Shown here: one piece after another, positions 32,285 through 41,463 of the stretch
How positions within the stretch are numbered: the first letter of the stretch is position 1
How the letters are laid out: each line of letters starts with the position of its first letter
From: Acidimicrobiales bacterium
GTDB lineage: Bacteria; Actinomycetota; Acidimicrobiia; Acidimicrobiales; Ilumatobacteraceae
Assembly: GCA_044370695.1 (NCBI GenBank)
Contig: JBILVB010000001.1
Coordinates: 3,673 to 67,672 of the forward strand
Direction: 5' to 3'
Length of the DNA: 64,000 nt
Program-made: the position numbers and the translations under genes
The notes under the pieces: generated by a model
What the model was told of the DNA's origin: nothing
The model's database searches: none
The model's input: the letters and a program-made list of their open reading frames with translations, nothing else

Positions 32285-33448
32285 TCAGCCTCCCAGGACG
32301 ACGTTCAGGTCGGCGACCAGCGGGGCGAGCGAGGCCGACACCGCACCGGCGCGGCAGCGGGAGAACGCCTCCTTCGCGCCGGCGGCGTCCGCGCGCACGC
32401 TGATGCGGATGGAGGCCTTCAGGCAGGCCGCATTCGCGTAGTCGGGGCGCAGGGTGATCGCCCGGTCGACGAGCGACTCGGCCTTGTCGTACAGGTCCGG
32501 GGCTCTTGCTTGGAGCGCCACCCCGGCCACGAGCCACCCGCGGAACGCGAGCGCCTCCACGTTGTCGGGTTGGCGGGCCAGCACCTTGTCGTAGGCGGTG
32601 ATGGCGTCCTGCGCGTTGGGGGCCGACCGGGCCGAGCGCAACAGATCGGCCACCGCCGGGTCGCCGCCGTCGAGGCCCGTGTAGCCGATCGCTTCGTCGA
32701 TCTGGGCGCCGAGGGTCTGCACCAGGCCGCTCACGACGTCGGGCGGGTCGGCGACCACGCAGTCGACGTAGGGCCCCCGAGCCCCAGCCGGGTCGTTGGC
32801 GTACCGGAACCGGACGATGGCGGTGAAGCACGCAGCGTCGGCGTAGCCGGGGTTCGCGACACGGGCCCGATCGAGGCCGTCGAGCGCCGTGGCGATCACG
32901 GGGGGAGACGGTGTTCCGGCAGCAGCGGCCGCCCGGATCGACAGCCACGCCCGGTACGTGAGCGCCTCCGGGTTGTCGGGCGAGGTCTGCAGCACCTCGT
33001 CGTAGAGCGCGAGCGCCCGGGCCGGATCGCTGCCCTGGAGCTGACGGGCGTTGGCCAGCCGGTTCGCGTTCGACTCACCGATCCCGCCCGAGATCGTCTC
33101 CGAGGGCAACCGGTTCCCGGCCGTGCGGGCCACCAGCAGGCCGGCGCCGGCGGCGAACACCGCCACGGCCGCCACGACCACCGTGGCCCGCAGGGCCCGA
33201 CGGCGGGACGGCCGGGCCGGCGCGGCGGGCGCGCGACCCGACTCGATCCGGCGCAGGACCGCCGCCGCGCGAGCCGTGTAGTCGTCCTTCAGGGCGGCGT
33301 AGTCGACCTCGTCGACGTCGCCGGCCGCATGTTCCCGTTCGAGGTCGGCGAGGGAGGCCAGCAGAAAATCGCGCTCGGCTTCGAGGTCGGCCTCGAGGCC
33401 GGCGGCGCGCTCGGCCCGGCGCTCGGCGCTCGGCCCGGCGTCGCTCAC
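32285..33448 (-). CDS. CcmI/CycH-like TPR protein (cytochrome c maturation accessory)
   Basis: GTG 33448 overlaps the ccmH stop (GTGA) and follows AGGAGG. Coiled-coil N-terminus, one TM (ATVVVAAVAVFAAGAGLLVA), TPR-like repeats (ALALYDEVLQTSPDNPEALTYRAW; AITAYDKVLARQPDNVEALAFRGW). Confidence 0.65.
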   Translation of the reverse strand: MSDAGPSAERRAERAAGLEADLEAERDFLLASLADLEREHAAGDVDEVDYAALKDDYTARAAAVLRRIESGRAPAAPARPSRRRALRATVVVAAVAVFAAGAGLLVARTAGNRLPSETISGGIGESNANRLANARQLQGSDPARALALYDEVLQTSPDNPEALTYRAWLSIRAAAAAGTPSPPVIATALDGLDRARVANPGYADAACFTAIVRFRYANDPAGARGPYVDCVVADPPDVVSGLVQTLGAQIDEAIGYTGLDGGDPAVADLLRSARSAPNAQDAITAYDKVLARQPDNVEALAFRGWLVAGVALQARAPDLYDKAESLVDRAITLRPDYANAACLKASIRISVRADAAGAKEAFSRCRAGAVSASLAPLVADLNVVLGG

Positions 33449-33921
33449 GCCTCCTGCTCCTCGAGCTCCCGATCGCGCTGGGCGGCGAGGGCGGCGGCCA
33501 CCAGTGCACGATCCTCGGCACTCGCGGCGCCGGTGAGCCGGCGGGATCGGAACACCACGACGAGCCCGGCGAGCGCAGCGATCCCGGCGACGACCGGCAA
33601 CGCCCACACGAGGCTGGCGAACCCTTCCGCCGGGGGAACGAACTGCGATCCCGGGAACGACCGCTCGATCGCGCCGCGGATCTCGGCGTCGGTTCGCCCG
33701 GCGGCGACCTGCCGGGCGATCTCGGCCTTGATCTGCAACGCCGACGTGGCCCGCGAGTCGTACACGCTCTCGGCCTCGCACGTCGGGCACTTGAGCGTGC
33801 GGGCGATCGCCTCGATCCGTTCGCGGCTGTCGGCCGGGCCCTCGTCGCGCACGACCGCCACCGCCAGCGCCGCGACGACGATCAGGACGAGCGCGAACCA
33901 GCCGAGCGCCCGGGACGTCAC
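33445..33921 (-). CDS. ccmH: cytochrome c-type biogenesis protein CcmH
   Basis: Signal/TM, then the LKCPTCEAESVYDS CXXC motif and a second TM. GTG 33921 overlaps the ccmG stop. Confidence 0.8.
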   Translation of the reverse strand: MTSRALGWFALVLIVVAALAVAVVRDEGPADSRERIEAIARTLKCPTCEAESVYDSRATSALQIKAEIARQVAAGRTDAEIRGAIERSFPGSQFVPPAEGFASLVWALPVVAGIAALAGLVVVFRSRRLTGAASAEDRALVAAALAAQRDRELEEQEA

Positions 33922-34514
33922 GCCCGGCTCCGCAGCGCGTTCGTCCGGGCGAGGAGCCCGTCGGCGGTCACGGTGGAGATGATCCGCTGCCGCACGATCC
34001 CGGCCGGATCGATGATCCAGGTCTCGGGCACCCGGGCGACGCCGAAATCGACGAACGCCTTGCCCGTCGGCTCGGCCACCACCGGCCACGACCCGCCGTT
34101 GTCGGCGAAGAACCGCCGGGTGTCCTCGAGCTCCTGGAAGTTGGACAACAGGCTCACCAGCTCGACCCGCCCGGTCGTCAACCGCGCCTGACTCGTTGCG
34201 AAGGCAACGAGTTCCGGATGCTCCTCCACACACGGAACGCACGAGGGGGAGAAGAAGTTGAGCACCACCCAACTCCCCCGGCGGTCCGACAGCCGGAAGG
34301 TGCGGCCGTCCAGCGTCGGGCCCTCGACGGTGGGCGCCGGCCGGCCGAGCAGCGGGGTGGCGGCGGCGTCCACCTCCTCGGCCTTCCCCGTGGCGAGCAC
34401 CACCACGAGACCGGCGACGACGACCGCGACGGCGAGCGAGATCCACGGGGCCACCCGGCGGCGGGGCGGGCCGTCGTAGACCACGGGCTCGTCGGGTGCG
34501 AGGTCGGCGCTCAC
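33918..34514 (-). CDS. ccmG: thiol:disulfide interchange protein CcmG/DsbE (TlpA-like thioredoxin)
   Basis: TM anchor, WVVLNFFSPSCVPCVEEHPEL. GTG 34514 overlaps the ccmF stop. Confidence 0.8.
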   Translation of the reverse strand: MSADLAPDEPVVYDGPPRRRVAPWISLAVAVVVAGLVVVLATGKAEEVDAAATPLLGRPAPTVEGPTLDGRTFRLSDRRGSWVVLNFFSPSCVPCVEEHPELVAFATSQARLTTGRVELVSLLSNFQELEDTRRFFADNGGSWPVVAEPTGKAFVDFGVARVPETWIIDPAGIVRQRIISTVTADGLLARTNALRSRA

Positions 34515-36478
34515 GACGGCACCTCGGCGAGCGACGGGACCGTGTCGGGCACCGGCGAGGAGGTGGGATCGGTCGGGCGCCGGCGGCGACGGCCCGGAAA
34601 CGCCGCCAGCACCGTGCCCAACGCCATGATCCCGCCGCCGACCCACAGCCACGACACGAGCGGGGTGACGAGCACCTTGATGACCGCCGTGCCGTCGGCA
34701 CCAGGGCGCTGCTGGATGGTGACGTACACGTTGCGAGTCAACGTCGGCTTGACCGACGGCTTCAGGATCCCGCTCGCCCCCGACGCCCGGAAGGTCTGCA
34801 GTGACGGTTCGCGCAGCTCGCCGTCGACGCGGACCCGGGCCCGCAGCTCGGTCACCTGCTCGAGCGTCACGAGTTCACTGCCCTCGTAGAGCACGGTGTG
34901 CCCGTCGAACGTGCCCGACTGCCCGGGACGCAATTCGAGCTCGGTCGAGGTCTCGTAAGCCTGCGCGGCCGCGAACGCGACGGCGATCACGATGACCCCG
35001 AGGTGCACGATCATCCCGCCGTTGGTGCGCCCGAGCAGGCCGCGCACCCCCTGGCGGCGCGTCGCCAGCACGAGCTGGCGGCCGGCCGCACCGGCGGCGA
35101 ACCCGCCGAGCCCGAATGCTGCCACCGGCGCCCACCCCGTGGCCCCGAGCACGACGGCGATCACCACGGTGCCGGCACCGATCCACGCCGGCCACCACAG
35201 CCGTTGCGACAGCAGCTCCCCGGACGCCTTGCGCCACGGCAACACCGGCGCGATCGCCATGAGCGTCAACATCGCGAGTCCGAGCGGCATCGTCATCGTG
35301 TCGAAGAACGGCCTGCCGACACTCAGGCGCTCGTTGCGCAGCGCCTCGACCACCAGCGGGAACACGGTGCCGAGCAGCACCACGAAGGCGAACACGGCGA
35401 ACAACACGTTGTTGGCGAGGAAGGCGCCTTCGCGCGACATGGCCGAGTCCATCGTGCCCGGGGAGCGCAACCGGTCGCCGCGCCAGGCGATGAGGCCGAG
35501 CGACACGGCCACCACCAGGCCGAAGAAGGTCAGGAACCACGGACCGATCTGGCCCTCGGCGAACGCATGGACCGAGTTGATGACACCCGAACGGGTGAGG
35601 AACGTGCCGAGGATCGTGAGCGAGAACGTGGCGCACAGCAACGACAGGTTCCACACCCGAAGCAGGCCGCGCCGTTCCTGGACCATGACGGAGTGGATGA
35701 ACGCGGTGCCGGTGAGCCAGGGGAGCAGGCTCGCGTTCTCCACCGGGTCCCAGCCCCAGTACCCGCCCCAACCGGTCACCTCGTAGGCCCACCACGCACC
35801 GAGGATGATGCCGACGGTGAGGAAACCCCAGGCGAACAGCGTCCAGCGCCGGGTCTCGACCAGCCATCCCTCGCCGACCCGCCCGGTGACGAGCGCCGCG
35901 ATCGCGAAGGCGAACGGGACCGTGAACCCGACGTACCCCAGATACAGGATCGGCGGATGGAACGCCATGAGCAGATGGTTCTGCAGCAACGGATTCGGGC
36001 CGGGCCCGTCGGCGGGAACCACGTCGAGGGTCCGGAACGGATTGGCCGGACCGAGCATGAGCAGGAAGAAGAACGCACACACGGCGAGCATCACGACCAT
36101 CGCCCACGACACGAGCGCGTCGTCGGCGCGACGCCGGAACCGCACGGCGACCAGCGCCGTGTAGGCGGCCAGGATCAGCCCCCACAACAGGATCGAGCCT
36201 TCGAGGCTGGACCACAGGGCAGCCACGTTGAACAGCGCCGGGGTCCGGCTGGAGCCGACCTCGGCCACGTAGGCGAGCGAGAAGTCACGGGTGATGAGGG
36301 CCCGCTCCATGGCGCCGACCGCGAGCGCAGCACCGGCGAGCACGAGCCAGACGTAGACCCGGCCCGCCCGCACGAGGGCCGGTCGGCGGCGGCGGGCGGC
36401 GACCACGTAGTTGACCCCGCCGAGGACCGAGGCGCCGAAGGCGAGCGTGACCCCGGCGAGACCGAGCGCCGCGTTCAT
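34511..36478 (-). CDS. ccmF: cytochrome c haem lyase subunit CcmF
   Basis: 655 aa polytopic protein with the WWD motif GWGGYWGWDPVEN. Confidence 0.9.
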   Translation of the reverse strand: MNAALGLAGVTLAFGASVLGGVNYVVAARRRRPALVRAGRVYVWLVLAGAALAVGAMERALITRDFSLAYVAEVGSSRTPALFNVAALWSSLEGSILLWGLILAAYTALVAVRFRRRADDALVSWAMVVMLAVCAFFFLLMLGPANPFRTLDVVPADGPGPNPLLQNHLLMAFHPPILYLGYVGFTVPFAFAIAALVTGRVGEGWLVETRRWTLFAWGFLTVGIILGAWWAYEVTGWGGYWGWDPVENASLLPWLTGTAFIHSVMVQERRGLLRVWNLSLLCATFSLTILGTFLTRSGVINSVHAFAEGQIGPWFLTFFGLVVAVSLGLIAWRGDRLRSPGTMDSAMSREGAFLANNVLFAVFAFVVLLGTVFPLVVEALRNERLSVGRPFFDTMTMPLGLAMLTLMAIAPVLPWRKASGELLSQRLWWPAWIGAGTVVIAVVLGATGWAPVAAFGLGGFAAGAAGRQLVLATRRQGVRGLLGRTNGGMIVHLGVIVIAVAFAAAQAYETSTELELRPGQSGTFDGHTVLYEGSELVTLEQVTELRARVRVDGELREPSLQTFRASGASGILKPSVKPTLTRNVYVTIQQRPGADGTAVIKVLVTPLVSWLWVGGGIMALGTVLAAFPGRRRRRPTDPTSSPVPDTVPSLAEVPS

Positions 36479-36933
36479 GAGGCGCTACTGCTGTAGTCCT
36501 TGGTGCGATCGGAGTGATCGGCCCGGTACTGCTCGGTGTGCTTCACGAGGATGTTCGTGCCGGCGAAGGAGCCGTCGGGCTCCTGGCGCCCCTCGATCAC
36601 CACCGGGATGCCCTCCCGGAAGATGCCGCCGGGCCGGCCGGCGTACGTGACCGGAATGCTGACCCGGCCGTACTCGACGGCGAAGCGCAGCGGCGTGCCC
36701 TCCTGCACCGAGCCGGTCACCACCGTGCCCTGGAGTCGGAAACGCTTGTCCCCGGAGCACTCCGAGCGAACGCCGACCTCGTCGGCGTTGCAGAAGTACA
36801 TCGTGGCCGCCGAGAGGTTGGCGAACACGAGCACCGCACCACCCCCGAGGGCGACCGACAGCACGGCGCCGGGCAGCAGGCCGCGCCGGCGCTTCCGGGC
36901 GGCGGTCTCGACCGGGCGAGGGGTCAGGTCCAC
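36475..36933 (-). CDS. ccmE: haem chaperone CcmE
   Basis: GTG 36933 follows GAGGA. TM anchor, OB-fold (FRLQGTVV), haem-binding H-x3-Y (LVKHTEQY). The stop overlaps the ccmF ATG (ATGA). Confidence 0.85.
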   Translation of the reverse strand: MDLTPRPVETAARKRRRGLLPGAVLSVALGGGAVLVFANLSAATMYFCNADEVGVRSECSGDKRFRLQGTVVTGSVQEGTPLRFAVEYGRVSIPVTYAGRPGGIFREGIPVVIEGRQEPDGSFAGTNILVKHTEQYRADHSDRTKDYSSSAS

Positions 36934-37076
36934 GGCTTGTCCTCGTCGGGCAGTTGGCGGGCCAGCACCCGACCCCGGCGCACGACGCGCAGGGCGAACA
37001 ACGCCATTCCACCGAGGACCAGCGAGTACCCGAGCACGACGGTGCCGACGTAGCCGCTGATCACGGCGGCCGTCAC
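36924..37076 (-). CDS. ccmD: haem exporter protein CcmD (small ORF absent from the ORF track)
   Basis: Own translation gives VTAAVISGYVGTVVLGYSLVLGGMALFALRVVRRGRVLARQLPDEDKPWT*: one TM followed by a basic patch. GTG 37076 overlaps the ccmC stop (GTGA), and the 3' end overlaps the ccmE start by 10 nt. Confidence 0.6.
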   Translation of the reverse strand: MTAAVISGYVGTVVLGYSLVLGGMALFALRVVRRGRVLARQLPDEDKPWT

Positions 37077-37840
37077 GAGCCCACCGCCGCCGTGCCCACC
37101 GGCTCACCGCGCCGCTCGGCCAGTGCCTGTTCGAGCCCGTCGGCTTCGAGGCGGGCTTCCATCATCGCCACGCGGTTGCGGTGTACGAGCAGCCACACGT
37201 AGACGAGGGTGAACGCCACGACGCCGACGAACACGCTGAACAGCATCACGCCGTCGATCTGCGGATCGAGGTCCTTGCGCAGGATGGTCGGCGACTGGTG
37301 CAGCGTGCGGAACCACTCCACGCTCTGGTGCACGAGCGGCACGTCGAGGAAGGCGATGATGCCGGCGACGGCAGCCCGCTTGGCCCGCACGTGCGGCGCC
37401 GCCGGGAGACGCCGCAGCGCGACGTACCCGACGAAGAGCAGGAACAGCAGCGCCGTGGTGACGAGGCGGGCATCGCCCCAGTCCCAGACGTGCCCCCAGG
37501 TGACCTGCCCCCAGGTCATCCCCGTGACCAGCGCGAGCCCGGTGAACAGCAGTCCGATCTCGGCCGAGCAACCGGCCACCCGGTCCCAGGCGAGCGACCG
37601 GGTGCGCTTCCAGAGGTACATCAGCGAGCAGAAGGCCGTGACGCCGAAGGACAGGTAGGCGAGCCACGCCGAGGGCACGTGGACGTACATGAGCCGGACG
37701 CTGTCGCCTTGGACCTCGTCGGCCGGCGAGAGCAGGAACCCGAACACCACCAGCCACGCCAGGCCGACGAGGGCGAGTACCCCGAGGATGCGGGAGCCCC
37801 GTGTTCCGGTGCCCGGTCGAGTCGTCGTTCCTGCTGTCAT
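37073..37840 (-). CDS. ccmC: haem exporter protein CcmC
   Basis: Last 255 codons of track ORF 37073..39115. ATG 37840 follows GGAGGAG. WGHVWDWGDARL (WGxxWxWD) motif. Confidence 0.9.
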   Translation of the reverse strand: MTAGTTTRPGTGTRGSRILGVLALVGLAWLVVFGFLLSPADEVQGDSVRLMYVHVPSAWLAYLSFGVTAFCSLMYLWKRTRSLAWDRVAGCSAEIGLLFTGLALVTGMTWGQVTWGHVWDWGDARLVTTALLFLLFVGYVALRRLPAAPHVRAKRAAVAGIIAFLDVPLVHQSVEWFRTLHQSPTILRKDLDPQIDGVMLFSVFVGVVAFTLVYVWLLVHRNRVAMMEARLEADGLEQALAERRGEPVGTAAVGS

Positions 37841-38520
37841 GTCTCCTCCAGGAGCGGACCGAAGGCCAACAGCCCCAGCGCCGTGTACGCCAGGGTGAAG
37901 ACCGCAAGCAGACCCACCCAGGGCCACGCATCCGTCAGTTCCGCCCTGATACCGAGGCTGGCCTCGACCGCACGAGTGGCCGCGATCAGCACCGGCATCA
38001 CCACCGGGAGCACCAGGATCGGGAGCAAGGTGTCCCGAACCCGGATTCCGGCGGCCAAGGCTCCGTAGAGCGTACCGACCGCCGCCAGCCCGGTCGTAGC
38101 CACCACCCCGGTCGTGACCAACACCACCCAACCACCGACGCCCGGCGCGTCGGGGCCGTAGAACAACGCGACCCCGATACCGAGCAGCGCGCCGAGGGTC
38201 AGCAGCTGTGCGGCCAGGGCCGCAGCCTTTCCCAGGAACACCCCGGACGGCTCCAGGCCGGACAGGCGCAGTGCGTCGAGGGCACCGTCGGCCGTCTCGG
38301 GCCCGAAGGCCCGCTGCACACCGAGCAGCAACGACAGCAGCATGGCGACCCAGGCCAGTCCGGGGGTGACGTCCCGCAGCGTGCTGCGATTGCCGTCGAG
38401 GGCGAACGCGAACACGACGAGCACGGCCATGGCGAAGGGCAGCACCTGGACCATGCCGACCTTCGATCGCCACTCGATGCGCAGGTCCTTGCCGGCCACG
38501 AGCAGCGCCGTCCTCAGCAC
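37837..38520 (-). CDS. ccmB: haem exporter protein CcmB
   Basis: GTG 38520 (VLRTALLVAGKDLRIEWRSK...), six hydrophobic helices. The stop overlaps the ccmC ATG (ATGA). Confidence 0.85.
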   Translation of the reverse strand: MLRTALLVAGKDLRIEWRSKVGMVQVLPFAMAVLVVFAFALDGNRSTLRDVTPGLAWVAMLLSLLLGVQRAFGPETADGALDALRLSGLEPSGVFLGKAAALAAQLLTLGALLGIGVALFYGPDAPGVGGWVVLVTTGVVATTGLAAVGTLYGALAAGIRVRDTLLPILVLPVVMPVLIAATRAVEASLGIRAELTDAWPWVGLLAVFTLAYTALGLLAFGPLLEET

Positions 38521-39209
38521 GGCGCACCACCGGCGGCGGGCGGGGCCGGCGCGCGCTCGTCGCCCGCCATCCGACCCCCCACGAGCGTGAGCGTGCGGGT
38601 CGCGAGCGCAGCGACCCGGTCGAGGTCGTGCGAGGCGAGCACGACCGTCGCCCCGGCGGCCACCGCAGCCCGAAGCAGCCCGTCGAGGCGGTCCCGGCCG
38701 TCGGTGTCGAGACCGGTGTGGGGTTCGTCGAGCAGCCACAGTTCGGGGCGCCGCGCCGCCAGCACGGCCAGCGCCGTGCGCCGCCGTTGCCCGGCCGAGA
38801 GCCGTCCGACGGCCACATCGGCCAGGCGACCCTCGATGCCGAGCGCAGCGAGCGCTGCGTCCTGCTCGGCGCGCGAGGCGCCGATCGCCCGGCCCCAGAA
38901 GCGCAGGTTCTCCCGCGCCGTGAGGTCCTCGTACAACCCGTTGCGGTGGCCGAGCAGACCCACCCGCCGGGCGAGCGCCCGGGCGCCCTGGTCGGTGTCG
39001 ACCCCGAGGACTCTGGCGTCACCTCGAACCCGGGGAAGGAGCCCGGCGCACAGCCGCAACAGTGTCGTCTTGCCGGCACCGTTCGGGCCGCGCAGCACCA
39101 CCAGCTCGCCGGCACCGATCGTCACGGTCACCCCGGCGAGCGCCGGGAACCGTCCGAGCAGCACCACGGCGTCGTGCAGGTCGACGACGGCTTCCATGGG
39201 CGTCGGCAC
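38514..39209 (-). CDS. ccmA: haem exporter ATP-binding protein CcmA
   Basis: Walker A GPNGAGKTT, signature LSAGQRRR, Walker B LWLLDEP. Start is GTG 39209 or ATG 39197. Confidence 0.85.
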   Translation of the reverse strand: MPTPMEAVVDLHDAVVLLGRFPALAGVTVTIGAGELVVLRGPNGAGKTTLLRLCAGLLPRVRGDARVLGVDTDQGARALARRVGLLGHRNGLYEDLTARENLRFWGRAIGASRAEQDAALAALGIEGRLADVAVGRLSAGQRRRTALAVLAARRPELWLLDEPHTGLDTDGRDRLDGLLRAAVAAGATVVLASHDLDRVAALATRTLTLVGGRMAGDERAPAPPAAGGAPC

Positions 39210-39289
39210 CGTACCCGCACGCGCGCCGGGCGCGCCCGGCGCAGGCCGAACGCATCAGCGGACCCCCCGCCGATAGCGTCCGGTGAGCC

Positions 39290-40669
39290 GTGCGACCCAC
39301 GAACCCCGAACCCCTGGGGCCGACGCCCGCCGCCTCGACACGCCGGTCTCGTGTCGTGCCTCCGCCACCACCGCTCGTCCCCGCCGTCGACCCCAACCCG
39401 TGGGGCCGGATCGTGCCGGGACGGGGGCGACGGCGGTGGTGGCGGGAATGGCAGGCCTGGGTGGGGGGCACCGGACGTACGTTCATCGCGATCGGACTCC
39501 TGCTGTTCGCCTTCGTCGGCTACCAGCTCTGGGGCACCGGCATCGAACAGGCTCGGGCCCAGGACGACCTCGAGGCGCGGTTCCGCCAGCTCCAGGCCCA
39601 GCTCACCACCGCGAACCCGACCACGACCGTCGGACCGGCGACGACCGTCGGACCGGCGACGACCGTCGGCGCGCTCGCACCCGCAGCGAGCCCAGCGACC
39701 CGCCCCACCGCGCCCACCGACGCCGGGACCGTCCCGGCGACGAGCCCGGCGCCGTCCGGGCCGGCGACGACCGCCGCCCCGACCGCGGTCGGACCGGCGA
39801 CGACCGCCGTCGCACCGGTCGTCGCCGTCGCGCCCGCTGCACCGCCCGAGTTCCGCCCCGGCGACCCGATCGCGCTGATGAAGATCCCCCGCCTCGGCGT
39901 CACCCAGACGATCGTGTCCGGGGTCGGCCGGGCCGACCTGCAGCGCGGACCGGGCCACTTCCGCACGACGCCGCTGCCCGGCGGGATGGGGAACGCCGCC
40001 ATCGCCGGGCATCGCACGACCTTCGGCGAGCCGTTCCGCCATCTCGACGACCTCGAACCCGGCGACCGGATCGAGCTCACCGACGTCCTCGGACGGCGGT
40101 TCCTCTACCTCGTGCAGTGGAGTCGGGTGGTCCCGCCGACCGATCTCGGCGTGATCGAGAGCAGCGGCCAGCCCGAGCTCACCCTGATCACCTGCGACCC
40201 GCCCTTCACCGCCGCGAAACGCCTGATCGTCCGGGCTCGCCTCGTCGACGGTGAGCCGAACACCGCGCCGCCGACACCGGCCGTCGTGCCCGAGCGGGCA
40301 CCGGTGGGCGGACCGGCGACCACCCTGCCCGAGGAGCCGGAGGACGACCCCGGTCCTGGTGCCGGCGTGACGCCCGAACGGCCTCCGGGCACCGCGCCGG
40401 GCGCGCCGGCCGCGCCGGGCGCGCCCGGCCGGCAACCGGCCGCCGAATCGCTCGACGGGTTCGAGCAGGGTTGGTTCTCCGACACCGCCGCCTGGCCGCA
40501 CGTCGCAGCATGGGGTTCGGTGCTCGCGATCGTCGCGATCCTGGCTTGGGTGTTGTCCGGCCTGAGTCGCCGTGACTGGATCGGGGCCCTCGCGGGGATC
40601 GGGCCGTTCGCCGTGATCCTCTACTTCTTCTTCCAGAACGTGAACCGCTTGCTGCCCGCCGGGTTCTGA
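39290..40669 (+). CDS. class E-type sortase with C-terminal two-TM extension
   Basis: N-terminal TM, AIAGHRTTFG, TLITCDP catalytic Cys, RLIVRARL. A C-terminal Pro-rich linker is followed by two hydrophobic helices. Confidence 0.8.
   Translation: MRPTNPEPLGPTPAASTRRSRVVPPPPPLVPAVDPNPWGRIVPGRGRRRWWREWQAWVGGTGRTFIAIGLLLFAFVGYQLWGTGIEQARAQDDLEARFRQLQAQLTTANPTTTVGPATTVGPATTVGALAPAASPATRPTAPTDAGTVPATSPAPSGPATTAAPTAVGPATTAVAPVVAVAPAAPPEFRPGDPIALMKIPRLGVTQTIVSGVGRADLQRGPGHFRTTPLPGGMGNAAIAGHRTTFGEPFRHLDDLEPGDRIELTDVLGRRFLYLVQWSRVVPPTDLGVIESSGQPELTLITCDPPFTAAKRLIVRARLVDGEPNTAPPTPAVVPERAPVGGPATTLPEEPEDDPGPGAGVTPERPPGTAPGAPAAPGAPGRQPAAESLDGFEQGWFSDTAAWPHVAAWGSVLAIVAILAWVLSGLSRRDWIGALAGIGPFAVILYFFFQNVNRLLPAGF
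39623..39670 (+). repeat. 18-nt tandem repeat ACGACCGTCGGACCGGCG x2.7
   Basis: Encodes TTVGPATTVGPATTVG in the sortase linker. Confidence 0.9.
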
Positions 40670-40674
40670 TCCGC

Positions 40675-41406
40675 TCAGGCGCCGGTGAACCGGGGCGGGC
40701 GCTTGTCGAGGAACGCTCGGCGCCCCTCCTGCAGGTCTGCCGAACGCCACGCCCGCTCCCGGGCCGCCTCGACGACGGGGTCGAGCTCGGGCGGCGGAGC
40801 CGATCGCTGCAGCATCGTCTTGTGCGCTGCGATCGTGAGCGGAGCCAGCGACGCGACCTGCTCGGCCCAGCCCATCGCATCGGCGAGCGTCCCGATCCGA
40901 TGGACGAACCCGTTGCGGTGCAACGCCTCGGCGTCGTACGTCGAGGCGGCGAGCAGCATGTCCCGGGCGATCGACCATCCGGTGTCGCGCGCGAGGCGCT
41001 CGACCGTCCAGTGATCGATCGACAGGCCCAGCTTGGCGGCCGGGATACCGAACCGGCTGGGGGCGCTCGCCACGCGCAGGTCACAGGACAGTGCGAGCTG
41101 CATCCCCGCACCGAGCGCCGGGCCGTCGATCGCTCCGAGCACCGGGAACGGAAGCTCGACGAACCCCCGCAGCACGGCGAACAGCGCCCGGCCGAACTCC
41201 CCGTCCTCCACCCCGCCGAGATCGGCTCCGGCGCAGAACGCCGGCGGCCGACCCGTCAACACCAGGACCCGCACCCCCGCATCCACGGCCTCGATCTGGG
41301 CCTGCCGGAGGGCGACGAGCGTGTCGTGGTCGAGTGCGTTGCGGCGGGACGGTCGATCGAGGGTGACGAGCCGAACCGAACCGAACGACTCCGAGTGCAC
41401 GGTCAT
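40675..41406 (-). CDS. enoyl-CoA hydratase/isomerase family
   Basis: VLVLTGRPPAFCAGADL, DGPALGAGMQLAL. Start is ATG 41406 (or GTG 41415). Confidence 0.8.
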   Translation of the reverse strand: MTVHSESFGSVRLVTLDRPSRRNALDHDTLVALRQAQIEAVDAGVRVLVLTGRPPAFCAGADLGGVEDGEFGRALFAVLRGFVELPFPVLGAIDGPALGAGMQLALSCDLRVASAPSRFGIPAAKLGLSIDHWTVERLARDTGWSIARDMLLAASTYDAEALHRNGFVHRIGTLADAMGWAEQVASLAPLTIAAHKTMLQRSAPPPELDPVVEAARERAWRSADLQEGRRAFLDKRPPRFTGA

Positions 41407-41463
41407 GCCCGGCACCCTACGCGTGCGAACCGCCCACCGAACCCGGCCCGAAGCGGGCGGCGC

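Noticed and set aside
37073-39115. 680-aa ORF taken as one protein
   Set aside because: Only the last 255 codons (from ATG 37840 with a GGAGGAG SD) are CcmC. The upstream part is off-frame read-through across ccmB/ccmA, which have their own convincing frames.
32285-39209. Calling the ccm operon a horizontally acquired genomic island
   Set aside because: There is no flanking integrase, tRNA, direct repeats or visible composition shift. The codon style and 4-nt overlap habit match the rest of the window. Only the phyletic oddity is reported.
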